NCBI GenBank assembly: GCA_050253415.1
Contig: JBFWJC010000008.1
Coordinates: 1-64,000, forward strand
Direction: 5' to 3'
DNA from: Pedobacter sp.
GTDB taxonomy: Bacteria > Desulfobacterota > Desulfuromonadia > Desulfuromonadales > Syntrophotaleaceae
Length of the DNA stretch: 64,000 bases
The translations under genes and the position numbers were made by a program. Below the pieces are notes generated by a model. It was not told the DNA's origin and did no database searches. It saw only the letters and a program-made list of their open reading frames with translations. Positions 10,167-19,032 of the stretch are shown piece after piece (the first letter of the stretch is position 1; every line of letters starts with the position of its first letter).

Positions 10167-10230
10167 ACAGTTGCCTTGGAATTTACCTGCAAAACCTGTC
10201 AGAAAAGCCGCCGTAGCCAAAATCATGACA

Positions 10231-11436
10231 TCAATCCTGTGGCACCTCTTCCCCATAAGTGCGTCCTTTCCATGCCCCACCAGCCCCACGCAAAAAACGA
10301 AAAGCCGAGTCGATGGTCATCGCCGTATAAAGGCCTGCAGCAAGGGGCAAAAGAAAAACCATACGCCACGACAGACCATACCAACGGGTCATGGGCCGGA
10401 AGGTACGGGCCATAAGCAACCACCCGCCGAATCCGCACAATATCGAGATCAACCCAGCCCCTTTAGCCTGATGCAAAATAAGGTCCCATCCGCCTGCGAC
10501 CAGACAGGCCGGCGGAATCAGAAATACCAGCACCATGCCCAACACGGTACCCAGAAGCAACAACCAGGAATGATGCAACTGCACGAAAGCCGTGCGCACG
10601 ACCATGCGCCAGACCGTGGCAAGATCATCGCAGGGACGCATACTTACGACTTCAAGGGTAAAGCCGAGCCAGGTCCTGCCACCCTGAGGACGGCCACGGA
10701 GCTTGATAAGTCGCCCAAGGGAACAGTCGTCGATAAGCGCACCGGCAATAGCCGGCAAGCCTCCGGCATGCTCCAAAGCCTCGCGCCGCAGGAGCACACA
10801 GCCACCTGCCGCACCGGCAACCTTGCTGCGCGGATCACGGACTTTTTTAAAAGGGTAAAGCATGGCAAAAAAGTAGACAAAAGCAGGGATAAGCAAACGG
10901 CTCCAAAACCCTGTGGCCTGCAGTCGCGCCATAAGAGAGACGAGATCGTAATCACCTTGCACCGACTGGGTCACCAACCGGGCGAGACTGTGCTTTTCAT
11001 GGGCAATATCCGCATCGGTAAACAATACCAGCGGCGCGGGATCCATAGAAGAAGCCAGCATCCCTTGCTGAAGCGCCCAAAGCTTGCCTGTCCACCCCTT
11101 TGGTCTGACAGCAGCCCCTACCAACGTAAGCCGTCCACGGTTCTCCGACTCATCCGCCAAACGGCGCGCCACCGACGAGGTTCCATCCTCACTGTGGTCA
11201 TCCACCAGAAAGACTCTGAGCGGCCCTGCATAATCCTGCCCGAGGATGGTTGGCAAGGAATGCGGAAGAATATCGGCTTCGTCGCGCGCCGGAATGATGA
11301 TATCGACCGCCGGCCAGGTTGCAGACATCGAAGGTTGAGGCAAAATTGGCTCGATACGCCAGAAGCCGCCATGAAACAACCACAAACCAATCCATATCAA
11401 CAGCGCCACCGCGCCGGCACAGGCCAGAATCAACAC
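10231..11436 (-). CDS. hpnB: GT2 glycosyltransferase, hopanoid-associated HpnB type
   Basis: IPARDEA, VDDHSEDGT, GWTGKLWA, FTDADI, LIDDC and C-terminal GGAWKGRTY. Confidence 0.85.
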   Translation of the reverse strand: MLILACAGAVALLIWIGLWLFHGGFWRIEPILPQPSMSATWPAVDIIIPARDEADILPHSLPTILGQDYAGPLRVFLVDDHSEDGTSSVARRLADESENRGRLTLVGAAVRPKGWTGKLWALQQGMLASSMDPAPLVLFTDADIAHEKHSLARLVTQSVQGDYDLVSLMARLQATGFWSRLLIPAFVYFFAMLYPFKKVRDPRSKVAGAAGGCVLLRREALEHAGGLPAIAGALIDDCSLGRLIKLRGRPQGGRTWLGFTLEVVSMRPCDDLATVWRMVVRTAFVQLHHSWLLLLGTVLGMVLVFLIPPACLVAGGWDLILHQAKGAGLISILCGFGGWLLMARTFRPMTRWYGLSWRMVFLLPLAAGLYTAMTIDSAFRFLRGAGGAWKGRTYGEEVPQD

Positions 11437-11563
11437 AATACAATACTCCCGGATAGGTTAAACATACAATTGGGACGGTGGATTATAAGAGAGTTTACCG
11501 GTAAGTGTCCATGACCTGGTGAGGTGGATGGATTTTCTCTACACTTAAATCCAACCCTTTTTG

Positions 11564-12192
11564 GAACGCAGACGAATGCGGATGGGCGCAGATAAAAACC
11601 AAACTTTTGCCTTCTTACCACCCGCTCGCTGCCCTCGTTCGAGACCAGAGAACACGGAGGAAACTCTTCATGCTGTTTTAGGAGTCAGATCGGACCGTGG
11701 CTTTGATCTTTCTTTGTGTCCTCTGTGACTCTGTGGTGAATGACTGCTTTTGAGTTTAGGAGGTCTTCGTCCGCGCCGTTATCCGCCTCAGCTTGGGTTG
11801 GCGATTATCCGCTATTATCTGCGTTCATCTGCGGCCAAACAAGCCTTAGGGGTAAAATCTAAAAACACCTTCCATCATCCGCAGATTTACACAGATTTTC
11901 GCAGATTAAATACCAAGTCAAACCTCTTGTTTGTTTTGGGTTGATCGCCTTCATCCGCTGTTATCCGTAGTTATCTGCGTTCAATTTGCCTTGAGCTTCA
12001 AACCAAAACCTTTTAGCGAACGCAGATAACGGCGGATGCACGCAGATGACTTCTCAAACCAAAAGCATAATGGGACGCGGATCACATCTGATGCGCGCTT
12101 ATCTTCGCGGATTAACACCCATATCAAGCTTTTGGCTTAAATCAGATTTTTATCCGGCTGTTTCCGCGTCATCCGTGTTCCATTGCTTTGGA
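11564..12192. repeat. Mosaic of nested 9/10-bp-period palindromic modules
   Basis: Repeated CGCAGAT/GCGGAT and ATCTGCG/ATCCGC units; perfect 13-bp inverted repeat 11970-11982 / 12018-12030; no credible ORF. Confidence 0.85.
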
Positions 12193-12410
12193 CTTTCACT
12201 ACAACATCAACATTGTCTTTTCAAGGCAAATCGATGACATCGCGCTATTACCCCGGGAGTGTGACACGCTACCACGTCGGTGATTTATGGGAAAATAACA
12301 GGAGATTATACAGAACTCGGTTCGACATAGACCTTGAAATAGGTTTAACTAATGCGATTCAAGTAACCGGTTTAATAACTTTTTTGTTTCGTGAAACCAT
12401 GACCTTCTAG

Positions 12411-12983
12411 TCAATCCTCAACAAAATACGCACCCGCCTTACGCATGGCGTCCAACGCTTTTTTGCCACCCTCTTCGGTTACCGGTCGACAGCCGTCTAC
12501 CAGAACCCAAACCTCAAAGCCTGACTTGACACCGTCCAGAGCCGTCGCCAATACGCAAACATCCAGAGCCAGGCCAGCAACGAGCAGGCGCTTCACCCCA
12601 TCACGACGCAGCTTTTCGGCAAACCCGGTCTCGTTAAAAACCGACAGCTGATCCCGATCAAAACGGACCCCCTTGGTGATCATAACGGCCGATGGGGCTA
12701 ACCGCAGGTCGGCATGCAAAGCAGCACCCGGTGTATTCTGCACACAATGGTTCGGCCAATCCCCACCATTACATTTAAAACTGGGATGTCCCTCAGGGTG
12801 CCAATCGCATGAATAATAGATCGGCAACTCCTTAGTTAAAGCAGCATCGATCCAGACGTTGATGACAGGTACAACCTTATCGCCATCGGGAATAGGCAGC
12901 GCGCCGCCAGGACAAAAATCCCTTTGAACGTCGACTACCAGTAACCCATCACCCGGCTTTAAAAACTCCTCAGGTTTCTGCAT
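12411..12983 (-). CDS. pncA: Nicotinamidase/pyrazinamidase (isochorismatase family)
   Basis: VDVQRDFCPGGAL, DWHP..H, WP.HC, GLALDVCV. Confidence 0.92.
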   Translation of the reverse strand: MQKPEEFLKPGDGLLVVDVQRDFCPGGALPIPDGDKVVPVINVWIDAALTKELPIYYSCDWHPEGHPSFKCNGGDWPNHCVQNTPGAALHADLRLAPSAVMITKGVRFDRDQLSVFNETGFAEKLRRDGVKRLLVAGLALDVCVLATALDGVKSGFEVWVLVDGCRPVTEEGGKKALDAMRKAGAYFVED

Positions 12984-13056
12984 CGTCGTCTCTCCTGGTT
13001 TGGTGTTTTATCTGAAATGTAACCGATTGAGGTAAAGAGTCCAGTTTATGAGAATC

Positions 13057-13105
13057 GTCACTTGTCACTTGTCACTTGTCACAGCAGCTTACAGCTTAGG
13101 CTTGC
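13057..13105. repeat. (GTCACTT)x3 plus CTTACAG-family heptamers
   Basis: Three perfect units at 13057-13077, then gtcacag cagctta cagctta ggcttgc, directly after the bioA stop. Confidence 0.85.
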
Positions 13106-13107
13106 GG

Positions 13108-14454
13108 CTAGTCCCTGATCGCTACTATCGAACGGTACGCTATGTCAAGCAGTTCTTCCAAAGTAGAATTATCGATGGTCAGGGGGGGCATAAAATAAAC
13201 CACGTTGCCTAAAGGCCGTAGTAAGGCGCCTGCTTTAAGGGCATGCTGATAGACGTTGTATCCACGACGCTGCTGCCATGGGAAAGGCGTTTTATGCTGC
13301 TGGTCCATAACCATTTCAACGGCGGCAACCATACCACAGCGACGAAATTCCCCAACCTCGGGTAACTGTTCGAACTTTTCAGCATACCCATCGAGCAGGT
13401 CCATCTTTGGCTGCATTTGACCGAGGACATCCTCCTCTTCAAAAATATTCAGCACCTCTACCGCCAACGCACAAGCCAAGGCGTTACCAGTATAGGAATG
13501 GGAATGCAAAAATGCTTTAAGAGTGGCATAGTCATCGTAGAACGCCTGATACATATCATCTGTGGTCAACACAACGGAAAGGGGCATATACCCACCGGTG
13601 ATACCCTTCGACAGACACATTAAATCAGGAGCTACGCCAGCGTGTTCATTGGCGAACATACACCCGGTTCGGCCGAATCCAACGGCAATTTCGTCAGCGA
13701 TGTAATGAACCCGACAGTCATCGCACAGCTTGCGCAACTTGCGCAGATACTCCGGAGGATAGATTCGCATACCGGCGGCAGCCTGAATGAGAGGCTCAAT
13801 GATAACGGCTGCAATCTCATCCTGATGCTCGGTAACCAGACCCTCGAGGTGCTCAAAACATTCTGCATGACACGTATCGCGATGCTTGCCGTAGGGGCAT
13901 CGGTAGCAATCCGGTCCCTGTGCCTGAAACGTATCGAGTAAAATCGGCCGATAGATGTCACGATACAGGTCGCATCCCCCAACTGATAAGGCACCAACGG
14001 TTTCACCATGGTAGGCCTCACGAATCGACACAAACCTGACTTTTTTGGAATAGCCGCTTTGCTGCCAGTACTGGAAGCTCATTTTCAGAGCCACTTCGAC
14101 TGCTGCGGAACCATTGTCTGCAAAAAAAACCCGGCTCAGATCTCCAGGCGCGAGAGCGCACAATCGGCTGGCCAACTCCACGGCAGGCTCGTGAGTAAAC
14201 CCGGCAAAAATATGATGAGCAACCAGGTCGACCTGCTGCTTTAGCGCGCGATTAAGCCTGGGGTGGTTATGCCCGAAGAGATTAACCCACCAGGATGAAA
14301 CCCCGTCGATATACTTGCGACCATCCATATCGATCAGATGCATACCGTCACCCCGTTTAATGGGGATTGGCGACAACAGTTCGTGGTCTTTTTCCTGAGT
14401 ACAGGGATGCCACACGTGACGGCGATCGAGACGCAGGAGCTCTTGTTTGGTCAT
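13108..14454 (-). CDS. bioA: Adenosylmethionine-8-amino-7-oxononanoate aminotransferase
   Basis: VWHPCTQ, SSWWVN, DEIAVGFGRTG, SKGITGG PLP Lys, LRPLGN; start approximate. Confidence 0.95.
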   Translation of the reverse strand: MTKQELLRLDRRHVWHPCTQEKDHELLSPIPIKRGDGMHLIDMDGRKYIDGVSSWWVNLFGHNHPRLNRALKQQVDLVAHHIFAGFTHEPAVELASRLCALAPGDLSRVFFADNGSAAVEVALKMSFQYWQQSGYSKKVRFVSIREAYHGETVGALSVGGCDLYRDIYRPILLDTFQAQGPDCYRCPYGKHRDTCHAECFEHLEGLVTEHQDEIAAVIIEPLIQAAAGMRIYPPEYLRKLRKLCDDCRVHYIADEIAVGFGRTGCMFANEHAGVAPDLMCLSKGITGGYMPLSVVLTTDDMYQAFYDDYATLKAFLHSHSYTGNALACALAVEVLNIFEEEDVLGQMQPKMDLLDGYAEKFEQLPEVGEFRRCGMVAAVEMVMDQQHKTPFPWQQRRGYNVYQHALKAGALLRPLGNVVYFMPPLTIDNSTLEELLDIAYRSIVAIRD

Positions 14455-14570
14455 TGATTTTCCCATAGGGTCACAGACCGCTGACGCGGCGTTACTTGTC
14501 ATTTGTCATTTGCTGCAGAAGCGCCCAGCTAGCAGCTTACGGCTTACAGTACTCGATAATCAGCCCAGAC

Positions 14571-15106
14571 TTCAAGACCGCGGGGTCGCGCCCCCGCCCG
14601 GCGCCGTACTTTTTGTCCAAGCCAACAAAAAGTAAGCAAAAAATGGCTTTCCCCTGCGGGGAGCGATGTGGTCGCGAAGGGTGGCGGATTCCTACAACGG
14701 TGGCGCGAACTAGTCATGCCGCTGGTTGTTTGGAGCTGTTTCTCTTGCGCGCGTTAATAGTTTGGGATAACCGATGCTCCTCTTGCGAGGCGAGCATCAA
14801 GTTGCTGTTGAGTAAAAAGCATAAACGAAACATCAACCCTGTTCTTAAGCAACACCGGTTTACCGGTGTGTCTTTTCCAGCAGCGCCAGTGTTGCAAACA
14901 ATCTTCCTTCACCGATGGCGACCACCCTTGGTAGCAAGTGGAGCGCACGCAGACGTGCCATTCCAAAATCGCATCAACGGTACGCAAAATCATCACCACT
15001 TCGCGCCAGTGGTGTAGGCGCATGCCAAGGCCATTTCTTTGGATACTTTCTTTGGGGCCTTGCAAAGAAAGTATCACGGCTGCCGGCCGGGACCGGCGAA
15101 CTTGAA
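14571..15106. mobile_element. Putative non-autonomous MITE/REP-like fold-back element, 536 bp
   Basis: About 80-bp imperfect terminal inverted repeats starting TTCAAG / ending CTTGAA, each with an internal TACTTT..AAAGTA hairpin; no transposase. Confidence 0.7.
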
Positions 15107-15113
15107 TTTATAC

Positions 15114-15171
15114 CTTATAGCTTACAACTTACGACTTACAGCTCCCAGCTTACGACTTACAACTTACAGCT
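15114..15171. repeat. CTTACAR-family heptamer tract (8 degenerate units) overlapping the bioD stop
   Basis: cttatag cttacaa cttacga cttacag ctcccag cttacga cttacaa cttacag. Confidence 0.88.
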
Positions 15172-15882
15172 GACCTTCCGCACCATCGGCCAATCCTGCA
15201 TCACTTGAGCCAGACGGACAACCTTTTCCTGCGGCGTACCGACTACCTGCGGCAAAACACCCCAGCACGGGATATCGGTAAGCCGTGATATCTCCTGGGC
15301 GGCGTGCTGTTCGGCTACATCCGCAGTGGACTCAAGACCGTTAATGATCCAACCGGCGACTTTGAGCCCCCGAGACGTGGCGGACTCGAGGGTAAGCAGA
15401 GTGTGGTTGATCGTTCCGAGTCCGGCGCGGGCCACTACAATCAGCGGCCAGCCGAGCTCCCCGGCCAAGTCTGCAACCAGGCGGGTACCTGCCAAGGGTA
15501 CCAGCAATCCGCCGGCACCTTCCACCAGCTGGAAATCACAGCGGTCATACCCCGCCCGGACGGTTTCGATCACATATGGCCAGTCGATGTCCACACCTTC
15601 GCGTCGTGCAGCGAGGGACGGTGCAAGGGGTTCCCGAAGGCGATAGGGAGTAATGCGATCGATCTCATCCCGACTGTCAGACGCCCAACGCAACAAGCGT
15701 CCGTCTTCACCGAGGTTGGCCGGGTCGGAAACGCCACTCTCAAAGGGTTTTGCGACGCCTACCCGCACGCCTTTTTGAGCCAGCAGGTATGCAAGAGCGG
15801 CACTGACCAGGGTTTTTCCAACTCCAGTATCGGTGCCGGTCAGGAATAAACCATGGGGGCATACAATCTCAGCAAGGTTCAT
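15157..15882 (-). CDS. bioD: Dethiobiotin synthase
   Basis: TGTDTGVGKT, KPFESG, VEGAGG, LGTINHT. Confidence 0.95.
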   Translation of the reverse strand: MNLAEIVCPHGLFLTGTDTGVGKTLVSAALAYLLAQKGVRVGVAKPFESGVSDPANLGEDGRLLRWASDSRDEIDRITPYRLREPLAPSLAARREGVDIDWPYVIETVRAGYDRCDFQLVEGAGGLLVPLAGTRLVADLAGELGWPLIVVARAGLGTINHTLLTLESATSRGLKVAGWIINGLESTADVAEQHAAQEISRLTDIPCWGVLPQVVGTPQEKVVRLAQVMQDWPMVRKVSCKL

Positions 15883-16852
15883 AAGTCAGCCCTGCATCGG
15901 TAACCATGGAAAGGTCATCGGACAATTGACGACCAGGTGTGGTCAGGTAGTCACCAACCATCATGCCGCTTGCCCCGGCATGGAAAATCCATGATTGGAA
16001 ATCGCCAAGGGTGCTGCCCCGCCCTCCACATACGGTAATGTGACGTTGAGGCATAAGATACCGGTAGAGCGCTATGATTTTCAAGGCTTCCATCGGCTCA
16101 AGGGGGTTGGTGTTGGCAAGAGGCGTTCCGATAACGGGATTGAGAAAATTAATAGGGACCGAATCAATATCGAGTTCCCTGAGAGTCAAGCCGAACTCCA
16201 GGCGCTGTTCGACGCTTTCCCCAAGACCAAAAAGACCGCCGCAACAGACTTTCATGCCGGCCGCCTTGGCCACCCGTACCGTCTCCAGATCTTCTTCGTA
16301 GTCGTGGGTGGTACAAATTTGAGGAAAATAGGATCGCGCCGTTTCAAGATTGTGATGATAGGTTACACATCCGGCCTCGGCAAGTGCATCAGCTGTAGTG
16401 GCATCGAGAAGCCCCAAAGACGCCGAAGGCGCAATGCGGGTGGTTGCCCGTATTTCCCGCAGTGTATCCAGCAGGGATTCCAGCTCTGCACCTGGATGAA
16501 TACGCGCACCACTGGTGACAATACCGAAACACCGAGCACCTCGCTGATCGGCTTGTTGTGCCTCCGACACGAGTTGCTGCTTGGTTTTCAAAGGGAAAAC
16601 CGGAGCACCGGTCTGATAGTGCGATGATTGCGCGCAGAACCTGCAATCTTCGGAACAATGCCCCGATTTGGCGTTGACAATCATGCACAATCCGACACGG
16701 TCGCCACAAAAAGTCTCCCGTAACTGCTGAGCGCCAGCCAGGATCCAGCCGATTTCTGCCCCACGGGCCTGCAAAATTCGCCGACCTTCGATTTCTGTCA
16801 GTTTTCCACCATCGGTTATACGTTCTACAATATTGTGAATTTGGTTACGCAT
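15869..16852 (-). CDS. bioB: Biotin synthase (radical SAM)
   Basis: CSEDCRFC radical-SAM motif, YHHNLET, DSVPINFL, YLTT. Confidence 0.96.
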   Translation of the reverse strand: MRNQIHNIVERITDGGKLTEIEGRRILQARGAEIGWILAGAQQLRETFCGDRVGLCMIVNAKSGHCSEDCRFCAQSSHYQTGAPVFPLKTKQQLVSEAQQADQRGARCFGIVTSGARIHPGAELESLLDTLREIRATTRIAPSASLGLLDATTADALAEAGCVTYHHNLETARSYFPQICTTHDYEEDLETVRVAKAAGMKVCCGGLFGLGESVEQRLEFGLTLRELDIDSVPINFLNPVIGTPLANTNPLEPMEALKIIALYRYLMPQRHITVCGGRGSTLGDFQSWIFHAGASGMMVGDYLTTPGRQLSDDLSMVTDAGLTYEPC

Positions 16853-16874
16853 ATGTCGTTACTCCGGGAAAGTC

Positions 16875-16981
16875 GTCACTTGTCACTTGTCACTTGTCAC
16901 TTGTCACTTGTCACTTGTCACTTGTCACTTGTCACTTGTCACTTGTCACTTGTCACTTGTCACTTGTCACTTGTCACTTGT
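16875..16981. repeat. (GTCACTT)x15 perfect tandem array in the bioB leader
   Basis: 16875-16979 is 105 bp, 15 exact units. Confidence 0.98.
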
Positions 16982-16984
16982 GGC

Positions 16985-17012
16985 ATTATAGAAACATGGC
17001 TTGTATTGTCAA
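16985..17012 (-). promoter_or_regulatory. Sigma-70 promoter of the bio operon
   Basis: Minus strand TTGACA (17012-17007) - 16 bp - TATAAT (16990-16985). Confidence 0.8.
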
Positions 17013-17037
17013 CACAATAGACAGAACACGTTGACAA
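17006..17037. promoter_or_regulatory. BirA operator
   Basis: Perfect palindrome TTGTCAAC-N16-GTTGACAA overlapping the bioB -35; matches the known BirA box architecture. Confidence 0.85.
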
Positions 17038-17137
17038 CCATAAACCTCATCCAATGACGCGAAACACTTTCAATTCATTGACATAAGACCAGATCAGGTG
17101 TTAAAACTTGAAGACCCTCAAGGCAAGGCAGGTACCT

Positions 17138-17704
17138 GTGATTAAAGAACTTATTGGGAAAAAGCTGAAAGCAACACGCATCGGTAAAGGGTTGACTATT
17201 CAGGAATTAACCAACCTTTCAGGTGTTTCAGCCAACATGATATCCCGCATCGAACGCGGCCTTACCGTGCCTTCGGTAAAAATCCTCATGAAACTGGCGT
17301 CCGCGCTCGGCATGAGCATCGGCTATTTCGTTGAAGAAGCGGAAAAAAGTTCCACAGTTGTGCTCACCCGGAAAGGCCAGGGAGAACCGATCTTTTTTTA
17401 TAAAGACAAGCAACAGATCAGCAGCCTGACCCAGGGTCTGCGAGATCCAAGCTTCACCGTATTGCACGACATCCTGGAAAAAGGCTGCGAAAGTGGCGGC
17501 GGACACATGGTTCACAGTGGTGAGGAATTCGTCATGGTACTTAACGGCCGTCTTGAATTCATTATTCAAAGCGACACCTATATCCTTGAAAGTGGCGACT
17601 CCCTCTCTTTTAAAGCCTCCCTGCCCCACCTTTGGCGAAATCTGGAAAAAGGTCCCACCGAGGTGCTGTGGGTCGTATCCCCCGCTCCCAACATCTCGCA
17701 GTAA
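17138..17704 (+). CDS. XRE-family HTH regulator with cupin domain (paralog 1)
   Basis: HTH_3 with VSANMISRIERG and cupin HSGEE...H; GTG start at 17138. Confidence 0.9.
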   Translation: MIKELIGKKLKATRIGKGLTIQELTNLSGVSANMISRIERGLTVPSVKILMKLASALGMSIGYFVEEAEKSSTVVLTRKGQGEPIFFYKDKQQISSLTQGLRDPSFTVLHDILEKGCESGGGHMVHSGEEFVMVLNGRLEFIIQSDTYILESGDSLSFKASLPHLWRNLEKGPTEVLWVVSPAPNISQ

Positions 17705-17741
17705 ATCAACACCGGTTCGGCATCCTAACAGGGAGTTCTCC

Positions 17742-18308
17742 GTGCAATTAAAGAATCTCATCGGAAAAAAACTCAAAGCCATCCGGCTGAAAAACGATCT
17801 GACCATTCAAACCGTTTCTGAGCGCGCAAACGTCTCAGCCAACATGATATCCCGCATTGAACGTGGCCTAACCACGCCTTCAGTTGAAATCCTCCTGCGA
17901 CTGGGATCGGTTTTCGACAAAAGCATCAATTACTTTGTCGAAGATGTCAAAACCACCCATGAAATCGTCTACTCAAAACCTGGAAAAAGATCCCAATCAG
18001 TTTTTGATGATGAACGTAATCTCCAGACAGAATCATTTACCGCCGGTTTGCGGGATCCCCAGTTCACAGGTTTATTTGCCGTTGTAAAACCCAATGCGTC
18101 CAGTGGCGATGTCGACATGTTCCATCCCGGAGACGAACTTCTCTACGTCTTGAAGGGGCGCCTGAAAATGACCGTCGCCGGGGAAACATTCATCATTGAG
18201 GAAGGGGAAAGCCTTTCGTTTAAATCACACCTTCCGCATCGATGGACGAACATCGCTGAGCATGAAACTCACGTCATGTGGGTATTATCCCCCCTCACAA
18301 CCATTTAA
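17742..18308 (+). CDS. XRE-family HTH regulator with cupin domain (paralog 2)
   Basis: Same architecture, HPGDE...PHRW; GTG start at 17742 after GGGAG RBS. Confidence 0.9.
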   Translation: MQLKNLIGKKLKAIRLKNDLTIQTVSERANVSANMISRIERGLTTPSVEILLRLGSVFDKSINYFVEDVKTTHEIVYSKPGKRSQSVFDDERNLQTESFTAGLRDPQFTGLFAVVKPNASSGDVDMFHPGDELLYVLKGRLKMTVAGETFIIEEGESLSFKSHLPHRWTNIAEHETHVMWVLSPLTTI

Positions 18309-18575
18309 TATTCTGCCTGTCTCACTCTCCTGGCTTCCTTTTGAGTTCAACTGACTTTTCCTATATTCAGTCATCACCCAATCTAAGCGCGACTATCACC
18401 ATAGAGCGTCCAGGTAAACCTCTGGCGCTTGTCAGTATGTCCGATTCTTACAAAATCGAATCCCCCTTGTGCATATCACGGCAACTTCAAGACACATCAG
18501 GCTTTTTCTTTTACGTAAAGGTGCCAGTTCACGTCCAATTTTTCCAAACAAATAGGTAAAAATTTCCAACAGTTA

Positions 18576-18604
18576 TTGACAGTCGGGCATTCGCCGGATA
18601 TGGT
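18576..18604 (+). promoter_or_regulatory. Sigma-70 promoter upstream of ihfB
   Basis: TTGACA-N17-TATGGT. Confidence 0.6.
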
Positions 18605-18729
18605 TTCAGTGCAGCACTCACATACATCAGCCACCTGCTAATACTCTTCGATACAGGGTGTTCCATACATAAAGGATTTTCAAGGCAACTGTCGGCATGT
18701 ATTGCCGCCGCCAATGGAGGTGATGCGCA

Positions 18730-19008
18730 ATGAACAAATCGGAGTTGATCGATGCCCTGGCTGAAAAAAAGGGGCTCACGTACAAAAAAGCCGAAGAAAT
18801 TGTCAACATCGTTCTGGATACCATGTCGGATACCCTGATCAGTGGGGGACGCATTGAAATCCGCGGATTCGGCAGCCTGGTTGTCAAGGACTACAAACCC
18901 TATACCGGACGCAACCCGAAGACCGGCGAGGAGATAGAAGTTAAACCCAAAAAACTTCCATTTTTCAAAGTTGGTAAGGAACTGCGTGAGCGCATTAACA
19001 AAAGTTGA
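18730..19008 (+). CDS. ihfB: Integration host factor beta subunit (HU/IHF family)
   Basis: MNKSELI, RIEIRGFGS, GRNPKTGE, FKVGKELRERIN. Confidence 0.88.
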   Translation: MNKSELIDALAEKKGLTYKKAEEIVNIVLDTMSDTLISGGRIEIRGFGSLVVKDYKPYTGRNPKTGEEIEVKPKKLPFFKVGKELRERINKS

Positions 19009-19032
19009 GCTGCGCAATGATGCTTTGCCCAA

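Noticed and set aside
10057..11514. 485-aa plus-strand ORF
   Set aside because: Antisense shadow of hpnB with no recognisable motifs.
14496..15208. ORFs inside the bioD-bioA insert as a transposase
   Set aside because: No DDE, HUH or recombinase motifs; they are translations of palindromic repeat DNA.
16835..17020. 61-aa ORF with LSLVTCH repeats
   Set aside because: Translation of the stop-free strand of the heptamer array; antisense to the bioB leader.
17493..17741. N-terminal extension or frameshift fusion of the second XRE gene
   Set aside because: The extension overlaps paralog 1 out of frame. A GGGAG RBS and GTG at 17742 give a protein the same length as paralog 1.
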